39,771 bases of DNA from Candidatus Vogelbacteria bacterium (lineage in GTDB: Bacteria > Patescibacteriota > Minisyncoccia > Phycocordibacterales > JACRKE01). Both the position numbers and the translations under genes were made by a program. Below, one piece after another: positions 27,097 to 37,097 of this stretch. The notes under the pieces are model-generated. The model did not search any database. It was not told the origin of the DNA and saw nothing but the letters and a program-made list of their open reading frames with translations. Where the stretch lies: assembly GCA_016215335.1 (NCBI GenBank), contig JACRKE010000011.1, forward strand, positions 1 to 39,771, in the 5' to 3' direction. Position 1 is the first letter of the stretch. Every line of letters starts with the position of its first letter.

Positions 27097-28266
27097 CTAG
27101 AGCAGATTTAGCAGTTCTTGGGCCATTACTTTCATCTCATTGGTTTTCATCGCGAATATTTGTACTTCGGATCCCTCGTCGCCAATCTCGCCGCTACCGC
27201 TTGTCCGAGTACTATTTTTCGCATCATCAAGTCTGATTCCAAATGAATTCATGTTCAGACAGATTCTGTTTCGCAAATTCGCCGATCGTTCTCCTACTGT
27301 TCCGGTAAAGACTAGGGCGTCTATTCCGTCTAATGTCGTAGCCATGCTTCCTATCATTTTTTTTATTCTATATACATAGAGTTCGAGGGCCGATTTCGCG
27401 TTTTTGTTTCCTTCCTTTTCCGCTTTAAGCAGATCTCTCGGGTCTTCGGATATGCCGCTTAGGCCAAGTAGCCCGCAGCCACGATTCAGAAGCGTTTCCA
27501 CGAGCGATATGGGCGAATCTGTTTTTTCTATGAGAGTGGAAACCAAAATAGGATCAATGTCTCCAGAACGCGTGGCCATCATAACACCTTCAAGCGGGGA
27601 GAATCCCATGGATGTATCTACAGTTTTGCCGTCTTTAAAAGACATAACACTTATTCCGCCTCCTATATGGCAGATTATCAGCTTTGATGGTAATTTTCGG
27701 CACAATCGGTCAAGCTCGGAAACAATATATTCCGCAGACAGTCCGTGATAGCCGAACCTTTCGGCCTCGAGGTTTTCGCGCATTTGGCGCGGAATGGCGT
27801 AGAGCCTCGACACCAAGGGCCTCTCCCTGTGAAAAGCGCTGTCCGAGAGTGCGTATATCGGCACATCCGGCAACGTTTCTTTGAACATTTTTATTTCTCC
27901 GAGTGAGGCTTCTATGTGGAGAGGAGAGATCGCGAGTTTCTCGTTTAGGTTCGTCATAAAAGTTTCGTCTATTTTACGATGGGTTGCAAAAAAATGCCCG
28001 GGAGCAACGATCCTCACTCCAATGGCCGCGAGCATCGTCGGGTCAAACTCGCACTCTTTCTTTATAGTCTTGATCAAATATTCGGCGCATTTCCTGAACT
28101 GTTCTTCGGTGACATTTTCTTCGTAAACTTTCGTCCCTTTTTCTACGGTTGAAATATATGAGCCTTTATTTTTTTCCAAATGAAGCGAAAGGATCTGTTC
28201 AGAGTCCTTATAAAGCGCGTATTTCCTGGATTCACTCCCGGGGTTGGATAAGATTATATATGCCAT
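27097..28266 (-). CDS. ackA: Acetate kinase
   Basis: NPGSESRK, SPLH, DSAFH, FGYHGLS, CHIGGG, DTSMGFSPLEG, TRSGD, FTGTVGE, TNE; overlaps the xfp end. Confidence 0.92.
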   Translation of the reverse strand: MAYIILSNPGSESRKYALYKDSEQILSLHLEKNKGSYISTVEKGTKVYEENVTEEQFRKCAEYLIKTIKKECEFDPTMLAAIGVRIVAPGHFFATHRKIDETFMTNLNEKLAISPLHIEASLGEIKMFKETLPDVPIYALSDSAFHRERPLVSRLYAIPRQMRENLEAERFGYHGLSAEYIVSELDRLCRKLPSKLIICHIGGGISVMSFKDGKTVDTSMGFSPLEGVMMATRSGDIDPILVSTLIEKTDSPISLVETLLNRGCGLLGLSGISEDPRDLLKAEKEGNKNAKSALELYVYRIKKMIGSMATTLDGIDALVFTGTVGERSANLRNRICLNMNSFGIRLDDAKNSTRTSGSGEIGDEGSEVQIFAMKTNEMKVMAQELLNLL

Positions 28267-30602
28267 TTCCAATTTGTTATCTCTTCCGAATCAACTCCAT
28301 GTTCTTTTACGTATTCAGGATACGACGCAATCTTTTTCAAGTATTTTTGATACAGGCTCCGTGCAGTATCCGCATCCAATTTGCCTTGGTCTTCAAGTGA
28401 TCTGAAAGCGTCCAGAGCAAGATGCCACCTGCTCGTACTGTTGCGGAGTTGCAGATCGAACGGCGTTGAAGTGGAGCCTATTTCCAAATATCCGTGCACT
28501 GTGAATCTGCGCAGATCGGTTTTCCAGTCAAAAAGCCGTTGTTCGAAAGTTTCCGGATAGCCGTGAAAATTAAATATGACCGGTTTGTCGCTCGTAAAGT
28601 ATTCTTCGAGAGGGTGATGATTAGAACTACTGCCTATATTTGTGGCACAGAGTTCAAGCACGTTTACGAATCTGATTTTAGCGTTCGGAATCTCTTGTTT
28701 TACAATCTGAATGGCGGCGAGAGATTCTCCTGTCAGATAATCGCCGGCGGCCCCGAAAACAATATCAGGGTCTTCGTCGCTCGCGAATTTCCAAATTGAA
28801 AGTCCGGCCTCTGCTTCTTCTTCCGCCTCTTCTTTGTTGAGCCATATCGTTTCTTCCGTTTTGGCCGCGCATATCACATGAATCTCATTTTTTGTTTTCA
28901 ACGATCTATGAAGAACGGTGAGCGTGGAATTGGCATCGGCCGGAAAAAACACCCTCGCGAATCTTCCGTGCCGCTCTAGAACTCCGTCAATAAATCCCGG
29001 ATTCTGGTGTGAGAATCCATTGTGATCTTGTCTCCAGCCGGAGGAAGTCAGCACATAGATTAATGAGGCAACAGGCTCCCGCCAGCTTGTTTCGCGTGCG
29101 ATTTTCAAAAACTTCGCATATTGGTCTGCCATGCTTGATACGACTTGCACAAAAGCTTCATAAGATGCGAATATTGCGTGTCTTCCTGTGAGAATATAAC
29201 CTTGAGCCATCCCTTGAAGCGAATTTTCCGAAAGCATTTCGATGACCCTGCCTTCGGGTGCGATATCTTTGTCCCAGGATTTAAGGGGACCATTCCATGC
29301 GCGGGTTGTCGACTCAAAAACTGCATCAAGTTTATTGGAGTACGTCTCATCGGGCGACATTAGCCTGAAGTTCTTTTTTTCACTGTTTTTTGTAAATAGC
29401 TCATTTAGATATTTGCCCATCTGTATCATACTGCTCGCCGTGCTTTTTTCCGATTGGGTCTTGGGTGAGATGTACTTACTCACATCCGGCAGGTCAAGCT
29501 CGTTTTCCGGCGTGACTCCAAGGCGCGCTATCCGATTGTCTCCCATGAGAAGTTTTTCTTCCGGAACAAGACCCATGAGCTCTTTTAATGGGCCGTTTAT
29601 GGGATCAAACAGTTCTTCAACTCTATAGCTTCGAAGCCATTTGTCGAGCGCCACGAGATCTTTTTTGTCATTTTTAGCATTGGGCAGGGTAACCTGATGA
29701 GACAGACAATTGTCTTCTATCTTATCTTTGCCTCTTTTCTTTATTCCCGTCGCTCCTTTGGGGGAGCTTAAAATTATCATGGGCCAAGCGGGCCAGTTTT
29801 TTCCGGTGCCGTCTTTCGCCTCTGACTGGATTCTACGAATCTCCAGGTGCGCGTCAGTCATCGCTCTTGCTAAACTTTCATGTATTTTGTCTTCATCCCC
29901 GTATGCTGACACGAAAACAGGATCGTAACCGTAACCCTTGAAAAGATTTTTGAGTTCTGTCTTTGACATACGTCCGAAAATGGTCGGCCCGGATATTTTG
30001 TAGCCGTTTAAATGTAAAATCGGCAGAACGGCGCCAGATGATTTAGGGTCGATGAATTTATGAAGATGCCATGCCGTTGCGGTCGACGCTGTTTCCGCTT
30101 CGCCGTCGCCCACAAGACAAGCCACTATCAAGTGAGGTTGGTCGAGCACTGCCCCATATGATGTGGAAAGGGAGTATCCGAGTTCTCCGCCTTCCACTAT
30201 AACACCGGGGGTCGCGGGACTTGAGTGGCTTGGAAATCCGTACGGCCAACTGAAATTTTTTGCCACATAGCCGAGGCCTTTTTCATCCAATGTTGCCTCC
30301 GGATAGTATTTACGGAGCGTGCCCTCAAGATAAATATTTGCCTGAAGAGCGGGGAAGCCATGGCCAGGACCGAGAACGAACAAAAAATTAGAACCCGTTT
30401 TTTTAATGAGTAGGTTAAGATGAGCATAAACCAGATTTATACCGGGACATGTTCCCCAGTGGCCGAGCAGACGCGGTTTAATATGTTCGGGCCGGAGAGG
30501 TTCTTTAAGCAGGTAGTTCTCTTTCAAATAAGTCTGTATCGCACTTATATAATTCGTAAGCCGCAAAAATTTTTTCAAATTTTCCAGTTCGTCTTTATTC
30601 AT
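28254..30602 (-). CDS. xfp: Xylulose-5-P/fructose-6-P phosphoketolase
   Basis: LLGHWGTCPG, GPGHG, EGGELGY, TPP-binding GDGEAE, LHLNGYKI, SYEAF, QDHNGFSHQNPG; start moved to ATG 30602 (MNKDEL). Confidence 0.95.
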   Translation of the reverse strand: MNKDELENLKKFLRLTNYISAIQTYLKENYLLKEPLRPEHIKPRLLGHWGTCPGINLVYAHLNLLIKKTGSNFLFVLGPGHGFPALQANIYLEGTLRKYYPEATLDEKGLGYVAKNFSWPYGFPSHSSPATPGVIVEGGELGYSLSTSYGAVLDQPHLIVACLVGDGEAETASTATAWHLHKFIDPKSSGAVLPILHLNGYKISGPTIFGRMSKTELKNLFKGYGYDPVFVSAYGDEDKIHESLARAMTDAHLEIRRIQSEAKDGTGKNWPAWPMIILSSPKGATGIKKRGKDKIEDNCLSHQVTLPNAKNDKKDLVALDKWLRSYRVEELFDPINGPLKELMGLVPEEKLLMGDNRIARLGVTPENELDLPDVSKYISPKTQSEKSTASSMIQMGKYLNELFTKNSEKKNFRLMSPDETYSNKLDAVFESTTRAWNGPLKSWDKDIAPEGRVIEMLSENSLQGMAQGYILTGRHAIFASYEAFVQVVSSMADQYAKFLKIARETSWREPVASLIYVLTSSGWRQDHNGFSHQNPGFIDGVLERHGRFARVFFPADANSTLTVLHRSLKTKNEIHVICAAKTEETIWLNKEEAEEEAEAGLSIWKFASDEDPDIVFGAAGDYLTGESLAAIQIVKQEIPNAKIRFVNVLELCATNIGSSSNHHPLEEYFTSDKPVIFNFHGYPETFEQRLFDWKTDLRRFTVHGYLEIGSTSTPFDLQLRNSTSRWHLALDAFRSLEDQGKLDADTARSLYQKYLKKIASYPEYVKEHGVDSEEITNWKWHI

Positions 30603-30670
30603 GAAGAGAAGTATACCAGAGTAAGCTTCTCGTGTGGATTGGATAATTATCCCTTGCCAATTTATATTAT

Positions 30671-31000
30671 TTGAGCCAAAATACGGCCAACATGATTGAC
30701 AGGCCCGACATATACGAGTCTCACATAGACGAACAGATAGAGAAGTACGACCTCCGAGGAGTAGTAGACGAAATGGTGTCTTACTGTCTGAACACTTTTG
30801 CGAAAGAAGAGGAACCTTCAGTCTCAATTCCAATAGAAGACGTTAATCCTCATAAAGTTTCTGTCATTTTCGCCGCTGTCAAGCAGTTGGTTGAATCACG
30901 AAATCCCGACCTTCACGTCCGTGCGTCATCTTGGCCAAAAAAATTCGGAAAGACGGAAGGTTCCAAATACGAAAGCGTAATTTTTGTCACCAGGAAATAG
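30671..31000 (+). CDS. Hypothetical protein (start TTG 30671 or ATG 30692)
   Basis: Fills the gap between xfp and the lipid operon; protein-like composition. Confidence 0.55.
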   Translation: MSQNTANMIDRPDIYESHIDEQIEKYDLRGVVDEMVSYCLNTFAKEEEPSVSIPIEDVNPHKVSVIFAAVKQLVESRNPDLHVRASSWPKKFGKTEGSKYESVIFVTRK

Positions 31001-31020
31001 TATACTTACTTTTTGCTTGT

Positions 31021-31671
31021 TTAGATTTTACAACCGATTGAGTCGAACAGTTTTTTGTCCTCTCGGAAAAGATAGAGCGCCATATGGTAGATGGTGTAGG
31101 TGATAAAGAACGCCGCGAGAACATCGATGGAGTAGTGGAGATGCCCCATAAGTACCGATACGCCGAATATAATGGACAAAGCCATGAACAGTATTCGGAG
31201 CCTTATGTCTTTCCAAAATATGTAAGACATCAGAAACGGCAGTCCCGTATGTCCGGAGAAAAACAAGTCGCCGCCAAACGTGAAATTACTGACGAAACTG
31301 GTTGGATCGATGTATATTTGCGTAGGAAATGCGCCCAAGTGTGTAATGCTTATGAATACGCTTCTTATGAGTATAAAAAGGGCGGTTGATTTAAGCACAA
31401 ACGCGATGCGCGCGGGTTTTTTAATGCATAAAAAAATTATGAATATCCAAAAAACTATCGCTCCATAATTGAATATCCAATCTACATCGTAAACTCTTAT
31501 ATTCGAAAGTATGATATCCGTTACGAAATTGCTCGCTTTTTCTGTGGCATATTCTGAAGCTACCGCATTTGCAATGAGACTGAGTATGATAAGCGCGAAA
31601 GACTCAAGTGTGAGTCTTAAGTTGTTGTGATCACTGAATATTCTTTTACAATTCTCCGCGTATTTTTTCAT
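31021..31671 (-). CDS. PAP2-superfamily membrane enzyme, sphingomyelin-synthase-like
   Basis: About six TM segments; GGDLFFSGHT and HYSIDV motifs. Confidence 0.75.
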   Translation of the reverse strand: MKKYAENCKRIFSDHNNLRLTLESFALIILSLIANAVASEYATEKASNFVTDIILSNIRVYDVDWIFNYGAIVFWIFIIFLCIKKPARIAFVLKSTALFILIRSVFISITHLGAFPTQIYIDPTSFVSNFTFGGDLFFSGHTGLPFLMSYIFWKDIRLRILFMALSIIFGVSVLMGHLHYSIDVLAAFFITYTIYHMALYLFREDKKLFDSIGCKI

Positions 31672-31673
31672 TT

Positions 31674-32399
31674 TTAGCGTATATCTTTGTACTCTTTGTT
31701 GAAAGGACGATGTAAAATCACCTCGGAGAGAAAATTTATTATGTATAAAAAACCCGTGTTTACGAGACCCTGGCCTTCGAGTCTTCGGTTTGAAGAGTAG
31801 ACGATGAAGGGCACTTTGAATTTTGATTTTCCGAATTTGCTTGCTCTTCTCGCGATGTTTGTGTCTTCGCCGTAAAAGGCGATAGAAGTGTCGAATCCTC
31901 CCATCTTTTCAAGTACGCTTTTTCTTATGGCAAAATTGCCACCTATTATCATATAACCCACTATCCAGTAAGAAGGCAGAGCCAGTATGTTCCACCATAT
32001 GTACCTTACGATCCATTGCTGCCATTTCGGCGAATTGTAATAGATATACGGTCCACTTAAACTTGCTAGATTTTTGTCTCGAGAAAATTCTTCAATCACC
32101 GTTTCGACCCAATCTTCTGACATATAAGAGTCGGCGTCGTTATAGGCAAGAATTTCACCCTTGGCTTCCATAAATCCTCTTTGTCTCGCCCACGTTATGC
32201 CCTTATGCTCTTCGCGGACCACTCGCACTCCTTCTCTTAGAAGAGCGATTCCGGCGGTATCGTCCGTGCTCGTATTGTCTACGACAATAATTTCATAAAG
32301 CTTGCCGTGGCTGTTCTTTATACTTCGGTCGAGCGTAAATCCCAAGTACTTCTCTTCATTGTAGGCCGGTATTATCAGGCTTATTTTTGGAATATTCAT
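31674..32399 (-). CDS. Glycosyltransferase family 2
   Basis: SLIIPAYNEE, VVDNTSTD, DAD, GGNF, YGEDT; ATGA overlap with the upstream gene fixes the start at 32399. Confidence 0.88.
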   Translation of the reverse strand: MNIPKISLIIPAYNEEKYLGFTLDRSIKNSHGKLYEIIVVDNTSTDDTAGIALLREGVRVVREEHKGITWARQRGFMEAKGEILAYNDADSYMSEDWVETVIEEFSRDKNLASLSGPYIYYNSPKWQQWIVRYIWWNILALPSYWIVGYMIIGGNFAIRKSVLEKMGGFDTSIAFYGEDTNIARRASKFGKSKFKVPFIVYSSNRRLEGQGLVNTGFLYIINFLSEVILHRPFNKEYKDIR

Positions 32400-33115
32400 C
32401 TGATTGGTTGCCATACTTTGTGCGCGGATTTTTTTAAAAATGTCATATAAAGGAAATTAACGATCCATTGGTATATAAGCCTGTGCCAGCCCAGTTTGTG
32501 CGGACGTCTTCCCGTATTTCTGAGCAACAGTTTTTTTTCACAGCGAGTCTTTCCGATCTTTCCTATTCTTTGAAAGAATTCTATGTCTTCGGCTACCGTC
32601 AGATTTTCATTGTAACCTCCGACTTTTCTAAAGGCGCTCTCCCGTACCATCTGAAACTCACCCGAGGCCGCACCAATTCCCAATATATTGTTTTGCAATC
32701 TGAAAATCAAATTAACGAAAAACATTATAAATCTATCCATGAATGTTTCTCTGTCATGCGCGATTCTTATAGGACAAGAAATGCCGACCAATTCAAAATC
32801 GTTTTTGAAAGACGCGAGCGCACTTCTGAAAAATTCATTCGGGTCGTCTATTATAATATCCGCATCAATGAAAACCAAAAGATCACCCTTGGCCTGCTTT
32901 GCTCCGTTGTTTCTATTTATGGCAATCGATTGGCTTTCTCGGTTTTGGGCGACTATTGTAATGTCTGCATATTTACGCGCTATATATAGGGTATCATCAT
33001 CGCTCCGGCCGTCCGATACGATTATTTCAGATTCACCGAAGTAATTTCGGAGAGACTTGAGCAGTTTCTCGAGTACGTGTTCTTCATTTAAAGTTGGAAT
33101 GATGAATGAGATCAT
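32396..33115 (-). CDS. Glycosyltransferase family 2
   Basis: SFIIPTLNEE, SDGRSDD, RNNGA, FIDAD, GGY..AED. Confidence 0.88.
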   Translation of the reverse strand: MISFIIPTLNEEHVLEKLLKSLRNYFGESEIIVSDGRSDDDTLYIARKYADITIVAQNRESQSIAINRNNGAKQAKGDLLVFIDADIIIDDPNEFFRSALASFKNDFELVGISCPIRIAHDRETFMDRFIMFFVNLIFRLQNNILGIGAASGEFQMVRESAFRKVGGYNENLTVAEDIEFFQRIGKIGKTRCEKKLLLRNTGRRPHKLGWHRLIYQWIVNFLYMTFLKKSAHKVWQPIR

Positions 33116-33717
33116 AATTTTGCCATTTCAGACTTCGCGAATCTCACAAAGACAGTTATACCTGCCGAGGCGATTACAATGATACCGATAAGGAAGTACA
33201 ATTGTAAATCTTTCGCTATGAACGAGTACAAAGATCCGAATGTGTAGCCTATTGAAAGCAGGACTGAAACCAGAATCAATTCGCCGAAAAGATTGATTGC
33301 CATGTATCTGACGAAGGGGATTCTTGTTGCGCCTGCCGCCATGAGAGTTGCGAGACACATGCCGAACCCCATTGTTACTTTTGATATGACCATGATCTTT
33401 AAATGATATTTATGGAAAAGACTTTTCGCTCTCAAAAAAAGTTCCGGCGTCACACTCAAGATGTGTCCATGTTTTTTGATTATGGGTTCCGCGAAAAAAT
33501 AGCCCACGTAATACCATATGACGTCCCCGATGAGGTCTCCCATAACCAAAGCGATGAAGAGGGGCCAAAAAGTGAAGACTTCAACCGAAAGCAAGAAACC
33601 CGCGGCTATCATGAGTATGGGTCCTTCTATGGTAGCGCCTATGGCTACGATCGGATATTTGAGATATCCGCTCGCATTTGTAGCATAAACCAAAAATGTA
33701 GGAAGTGTTGTTTCCAT
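33112..33717 (-). CDS. DedA/VTT-family membrane protein
   Basis: IEGP, GDLIGDVIWYYVG, AAGATRIPFVRY; ATGA coupling to the GT2 gene. Confidence 0.85.
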   Translation of the reverse strand: METTLPTFLVYATNASGYLKYPIVAIGATIEGPILMIAAGFLLSVEVFTFWPLFIALVMGDLIGDVIWYYVGYFFAEPIIKKHGHILSVTPELFLRAKSLFHKYHLKIMVISKVTMGFGMCLATLMAAGATRIPFVRYMAINLFGELILVSVLLSIGYTFGSLYSFIAKDLQLYFLIGIIVIASAGITVFVRFAKSEMAKL

Positions 33718-33814
33718 CCGAATTACAATATTGTAGCACTATATTGTGGAAAACTATTATGAGCAAAAGTATTCGATTGATATAATGTCTGAATTAGCAG
33801 TTCATCAATAGAAT

Positions 33815-34201
33815 ATGGAACTATCACTGTTTTTGGCGAAGTTAATTGGATTGTATTTGATTATTGAAGGTCTCGTACTTCTCTTTAGGGGAGCTATGTT
33901 GCGAAGGGTACTCGGGGATTTTATGCATACGCCCGCACTTCGATATATTACCGGAGTTTTGGTGTTGCTCGTGGGTCTTTCCATGGTAATTTCGCATAAC
34001 ATATGGGAATGGTCATGGCTCGGACTTGTCACGCTCATCGGATGGTTGATTCTCATAAAGAGCGTCATGTACTTATTCATGGGAGAGAAATCGGTTGCCA
34101 AATTGTACAAATCATTCGATAAGAAAGGTTATTACGTTACCGCGGGAGTTATTGCGCTTGTACTAGGCATATATCTAGCCAAGATTGGTTTTGGGATATA
34201 A
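33815..34201 (+). CDS. Small integral membrane protein (DUF2065-like)
   Basis: Four TM helices, IGLYLIIEGL, HNIW. Confidence 0.7.
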   Translation: MELSLFLAKLIGLYLIIEGLVLLFRGAMLRRVLGDFMHTPALRYITGVLVLLVGLSMVISHNIWEWSWLGLVTLIGWLILIKSVMYLFMGEKSVAKLYKSFDKKGYYVTAGVIALVLGIYLAKIGFGI

Positions 34202-34223
34202 GCTTTTTTGAGTTTTTGGGAAG

Positions 34224-35207
34224 TTAATCTTTGAGATTGTTCACAATGGTATAAGCTTGATTGGCCGATTCGATGACGGAGTCAGCGCCGGTAAGCGAGC
34301 CGGCTATATAGAGGCCTTGAACATTTGTTTCGAAGTTCTCATCAAACTTTGGCTTCCCGCCTCCTATTGACTCCTCGATTTCGATGCCCGCGCTCTTTAG
34401 AAATTCGAGCGGCTTCTCGTATCCCGCGTGTACAAACATGTAATCAAAGGGAAGTTGGTGAGTCATACCTGATTTATTGATTGTCGCACTGTTTCCGGTG
34501 ATCGCTTCAACTTTACTCTGCCAGCATATTTCAACTTTTTCTTCTCCTACCATCGCCCCAACTTCAGCCTTGTTCTTTTCGGTAACGCTATCCGTAAAAT
34601 GATCTTTTCTCACAATCAGAACAATTTTGTTTTGTTCGCCGTGATAGATGGCCGTTTCAAGTGCGCTATTTCCACCACCGACAACGATTATGGTTTTGTT
34701 TGAATAATCGTTGTAGTAATCAAGCGCGTAAAAAATGTTCGGATGACCTTCTTCGCCAGGTACATGCAACTTTCGGGGATTTTCGAAGGTGCCAGAAGTG
34801 AGCAACACTCGCCTTGCTTTGTATTCAACACAGGCAGGACTTGTGTACACAGGTAGGACATGTGTGGTAGGTGTTTTAACCACAAATGTGTCTCCCTCTT
34901 TTTGAATTCTAAGTACGGTGTCAATTTTCACGTTCAGTGTTTCGGCTTGTTTTTGCCACAGGGTCACAAGTTCTTTGCCAGTGATCCTGTCGGGAAAAGT
35001 GAGAGCTCCTTTTAAGGTGGCCGTGTTGCGGCCATAGACATGATAGAATTTCTTTTCGGCCATGGTGTCTATTATGAGCGAGCCCGGGTATGTTTTCTCG
35101 ATGAGCATATACGAGAGACCAGTCTTCTTGGCTTGGAGTGCGCCCTCAATGCCTGCAGGCCCCCCTCCCACTATAACTATGTCATAAATGTTATCGTTTG
35201 AGTCCAT
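34224..35207 (-). CDS. Thioredoxin-reductase-like FAD/NAD(P)H oxidoreductase without CxxC (YpdA/FNR-like)
   Basis: VGGGPAG, LLTSG..PRKL.VPGE, VVGGGNSALE, FETNVQGLYIAG. Confidence 0.8.
   Translation of the reverse strand: MDSNDNIYDIVIVGGGPAGIEGALQAKKTGLSYMLIEKTYPGSLIIDTMAEKKFYHVYGRNTATLKGALTFPDRITGKELVTLWQKQAETLNVKIDTVLRIQKEGDTFVVKTPTTHVLPVYTSPACVEYKARRVLLTSGTFENPRKLHVPGEEGHPNIFYALDYYNDYSNKTIIVVGGGNSALETAIYHGEQNKIVLIVRKDHFTDSVTEKNKAEVGAMVGEEKVEICWQSKVEAITGNSATINKSGMTHQLPFDYMFVHAGYEKPLEFLKSAGIEIEESIGGGKPKFDENFETNVQGLYIAGSLTGADSVIESANQAYTIVNNLKD
34828..34865. repeat. Tandem pair of 19-nt palindromic units inside the oxidoreductase gene
   Basis: ACACAGGCAGGACTTGTGT + ACACAGGTAGGACATGTGT; both near the perfect palindrome ACACAGGT-AGG-ACCTGTGT. 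Confidence 0.7.
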
Positions 35208-35259
35208 GTCTAAATATTGCTACAGTGGTGGCATTCTAGCATACTAATACACTAAATAA

Positions 35260-36597
35260 ATGGAAACTGCAGAAAAAAAACGAATTGCTTTGATCGGTGC
35301 GGGTATCGCGGGTTTGGTATGCGCGTATGAATTAAAGAAGCGCGGGCATGATGTTATCATATATGAGAATAGTGATCGCGTTGGAGGCCGCATGGCGACC
35401 CGCGTAAAGGATGGTCTTGAGTTTAATCCGGGCGCCACTTTTTTAAGCCACCACTATCATACTTTGCGCGCTTATGCTGAAGAGTTTCGCATTCCGTGGC
35501 ATCCTATGCAGAAAGGAAGCTCGCATCGCGTTCGGCGCGGCGGCAAGTCTTACTACTATAACGTGGCCGGGCCGATTGATGTGCTTAAACTCCGAGTGCT
35601 TTCACTGCCGTCGCGCTTGCGTTTCCTCTGGTTTTTAATGAGACTTGCTTTGCGCAAAATTCCGGGCAGTTTTTTCGATTTGTCTTTGGTGCCCGAGAGT
35701 TTTGATTTTGATAACGCGAGCCACTATCTAAGAAAAGCGGTCGGAGACGAGGTCGTGGACTATGTCGCTGATCCTTTCACAACCACTCTTCACTTTTATC
35801 TGTCGGATCAGGTGAGCACGGCCATGATGTTTACACTTTTGAAATCTCTTATAGGCAATCCTGAATTTAGCGCGGAGTATCCCGTGGGCGGTATTCAAGC
35901 TATTCCGAACGAACTGGCCAGGAGACTTAATGTCGTGACTGAAGCGCGAGTAGAGAGCGTCATACGAGGAAAAGACGGAAACACAGTTCGAGTGAATGAT
36001 CGGGATGAAATGTTTGATGCCGTGGTGTTCGCTTGTCCCGCCCCAGCTGTTCTTGGCATTCTTCGGAATCCGACCGAGTCCGAGCTTGAATTGCTACAAT
36101 CCGTGACTTACGGCAGCACTATCACCTTTGCATTTAAGGTGCCTTCAACAATGTTTACCGACAATACGCACTGCATCTATGTGCCATACGTTGAAAACAA
36201 GATAATCGGTTCGTGCATCTTTGAAATGCGAAAGCAGACAGGACTGCTTGCGGAGGGCAAAACACTATTCAATGTTTATCTTCATGATCAAGCGGCCAAA
36301 GAGCTAATGAACAAAAGCGAAGAAGAGTTGCTCTCGATTATTATTCCCGAACTTCGCGCCATCTGTCCTGAATTCACGGTCCACGAGAAAGATATCGTAT
36401 TTCACGACATTGAGCGATGGCCCCGAGCAATGCCAGCCTTTCCTCCGGGTTATGTTTCAAAGACAAGAAAGTTCCTCGAAAACAATCAAGGTGTCGACAA
36501 TATCTATCTTATTGGCGACTACATGAACAGCACATGGACAGAGGGCGCGGCCAGATGTGGTCGGCGCACTGCCGAAGTAATTGACAATGTAGGCTAG
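35260..36597 (+). CDS. FAD-dependent oxidoreductase (protoporphyrinogen oxidase / flavin amine oxidase family)
   Basis: IGAGIAGL, E..DRVGGR, GG..IPNELA, RWPRAMP, GDY...WTEGAARCG. Confidence 0.82.
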   Translation: METAEKKRIALIGAGIAGLVCAYELKKRGHDVIIYENSDRVGGRMATRVKDGLEFNPGATFLSHHYHTLRAYAEEFRIPWHPMQKGSSHRVRRGGKSYYYNVAGPIDVLKLRVLSLPSRLRFLWFLMRLALRKIPGSFFDLSLVPESFDFDNASHYLRKAVGDEVVDYVADPFTTTLHFYLSDQVSTAMMFTLLKSLIGNPEFSAEYPVGGIQAIPNELARRLNVVTEARVESVIRGKDGNTVRVNDRDEMFDAVVFACPAPAVLGILRNPTESELELLQSVTYGSTITFAFKVPSTMFTDNTHCIYVPYVENKIIGSCIFEMRKQTGLLAEGKTLFNVYLHDQAAKELMNKSEEELLSIIIPELRAICPEFTVHEKDIVFHDIERWPRAMPAFPPGYVSKTRKFLENNQGVDNIYLIGDYMNSTWTEGAARCGRRTAEVIDNVG

Positions 36598-36691
36598 TCC
36601 ATGTTATTGTTAGTGTAGAGTTTTGTGATCTGACTAGGACTCGTAATTGTAGTGCCAGACAGTAAGTACCCAAACAACAAGGAGCAGACGT

Positions 36692-37033
36692 ATGTTGTGT
36701 CAAATTGAGAGGGTCTCCCCGATCATGATCGAAGGCGAAAAGTACGTCCAAGTGGTGGCTTTCAGGATGCAGAATGGAGTTTTTCTGAACCGTGAAGCTC
36801 GGATACATGTTGCGGTCGAAAGGGGGCATCCGGATCCTGGTTACTGCTGGGACATGATCCGGAGTGCCACCGGGTTGGACGAGAGGGTTCGTCGGTTTTT
36901 TCTCGAGAACATTGATCGCTTCCATCTGACTGAAGTCTCTTGGAATGCGGGCTTGTTCGCGCAGTTGTGGTACGGAGACTCCGTCGAACAGGCTCGGAGA
37001 CACATGATTGAGTGGCGGAAGAATTGCCGTTGA
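36692..37033 (+). CDS. Hypothetical protein (113 aa)
   Basis: AAGGAG SD before ATG; co-oriented with its neighbours. Confidence 0.6.
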   Translation: MLCQIERVSPIMIEGEKYVQVVAFRMQNGVFLNREARIHVAVERGHPDPGYCWDMIRSATGLDERVRRFFLENIDRFHLTEVSWNAGLFAQLWYGDSVEQARRHMIEWRKNCR

Positions 37034-37097
37034 TATTTTCCGTGACTCAACAACTCTTAACGTAACTAATCTACTTACTTGAAGGGAGTGGTGGAGC

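Noticed and set aside
30603-30833. 77-aa N-terminal extension of phosphoketolase
   Set aside because: It overlaps the opposite-strand ORF 30671-31000 and is not Xfp-like; an extended -10 sits just before ATG 30602
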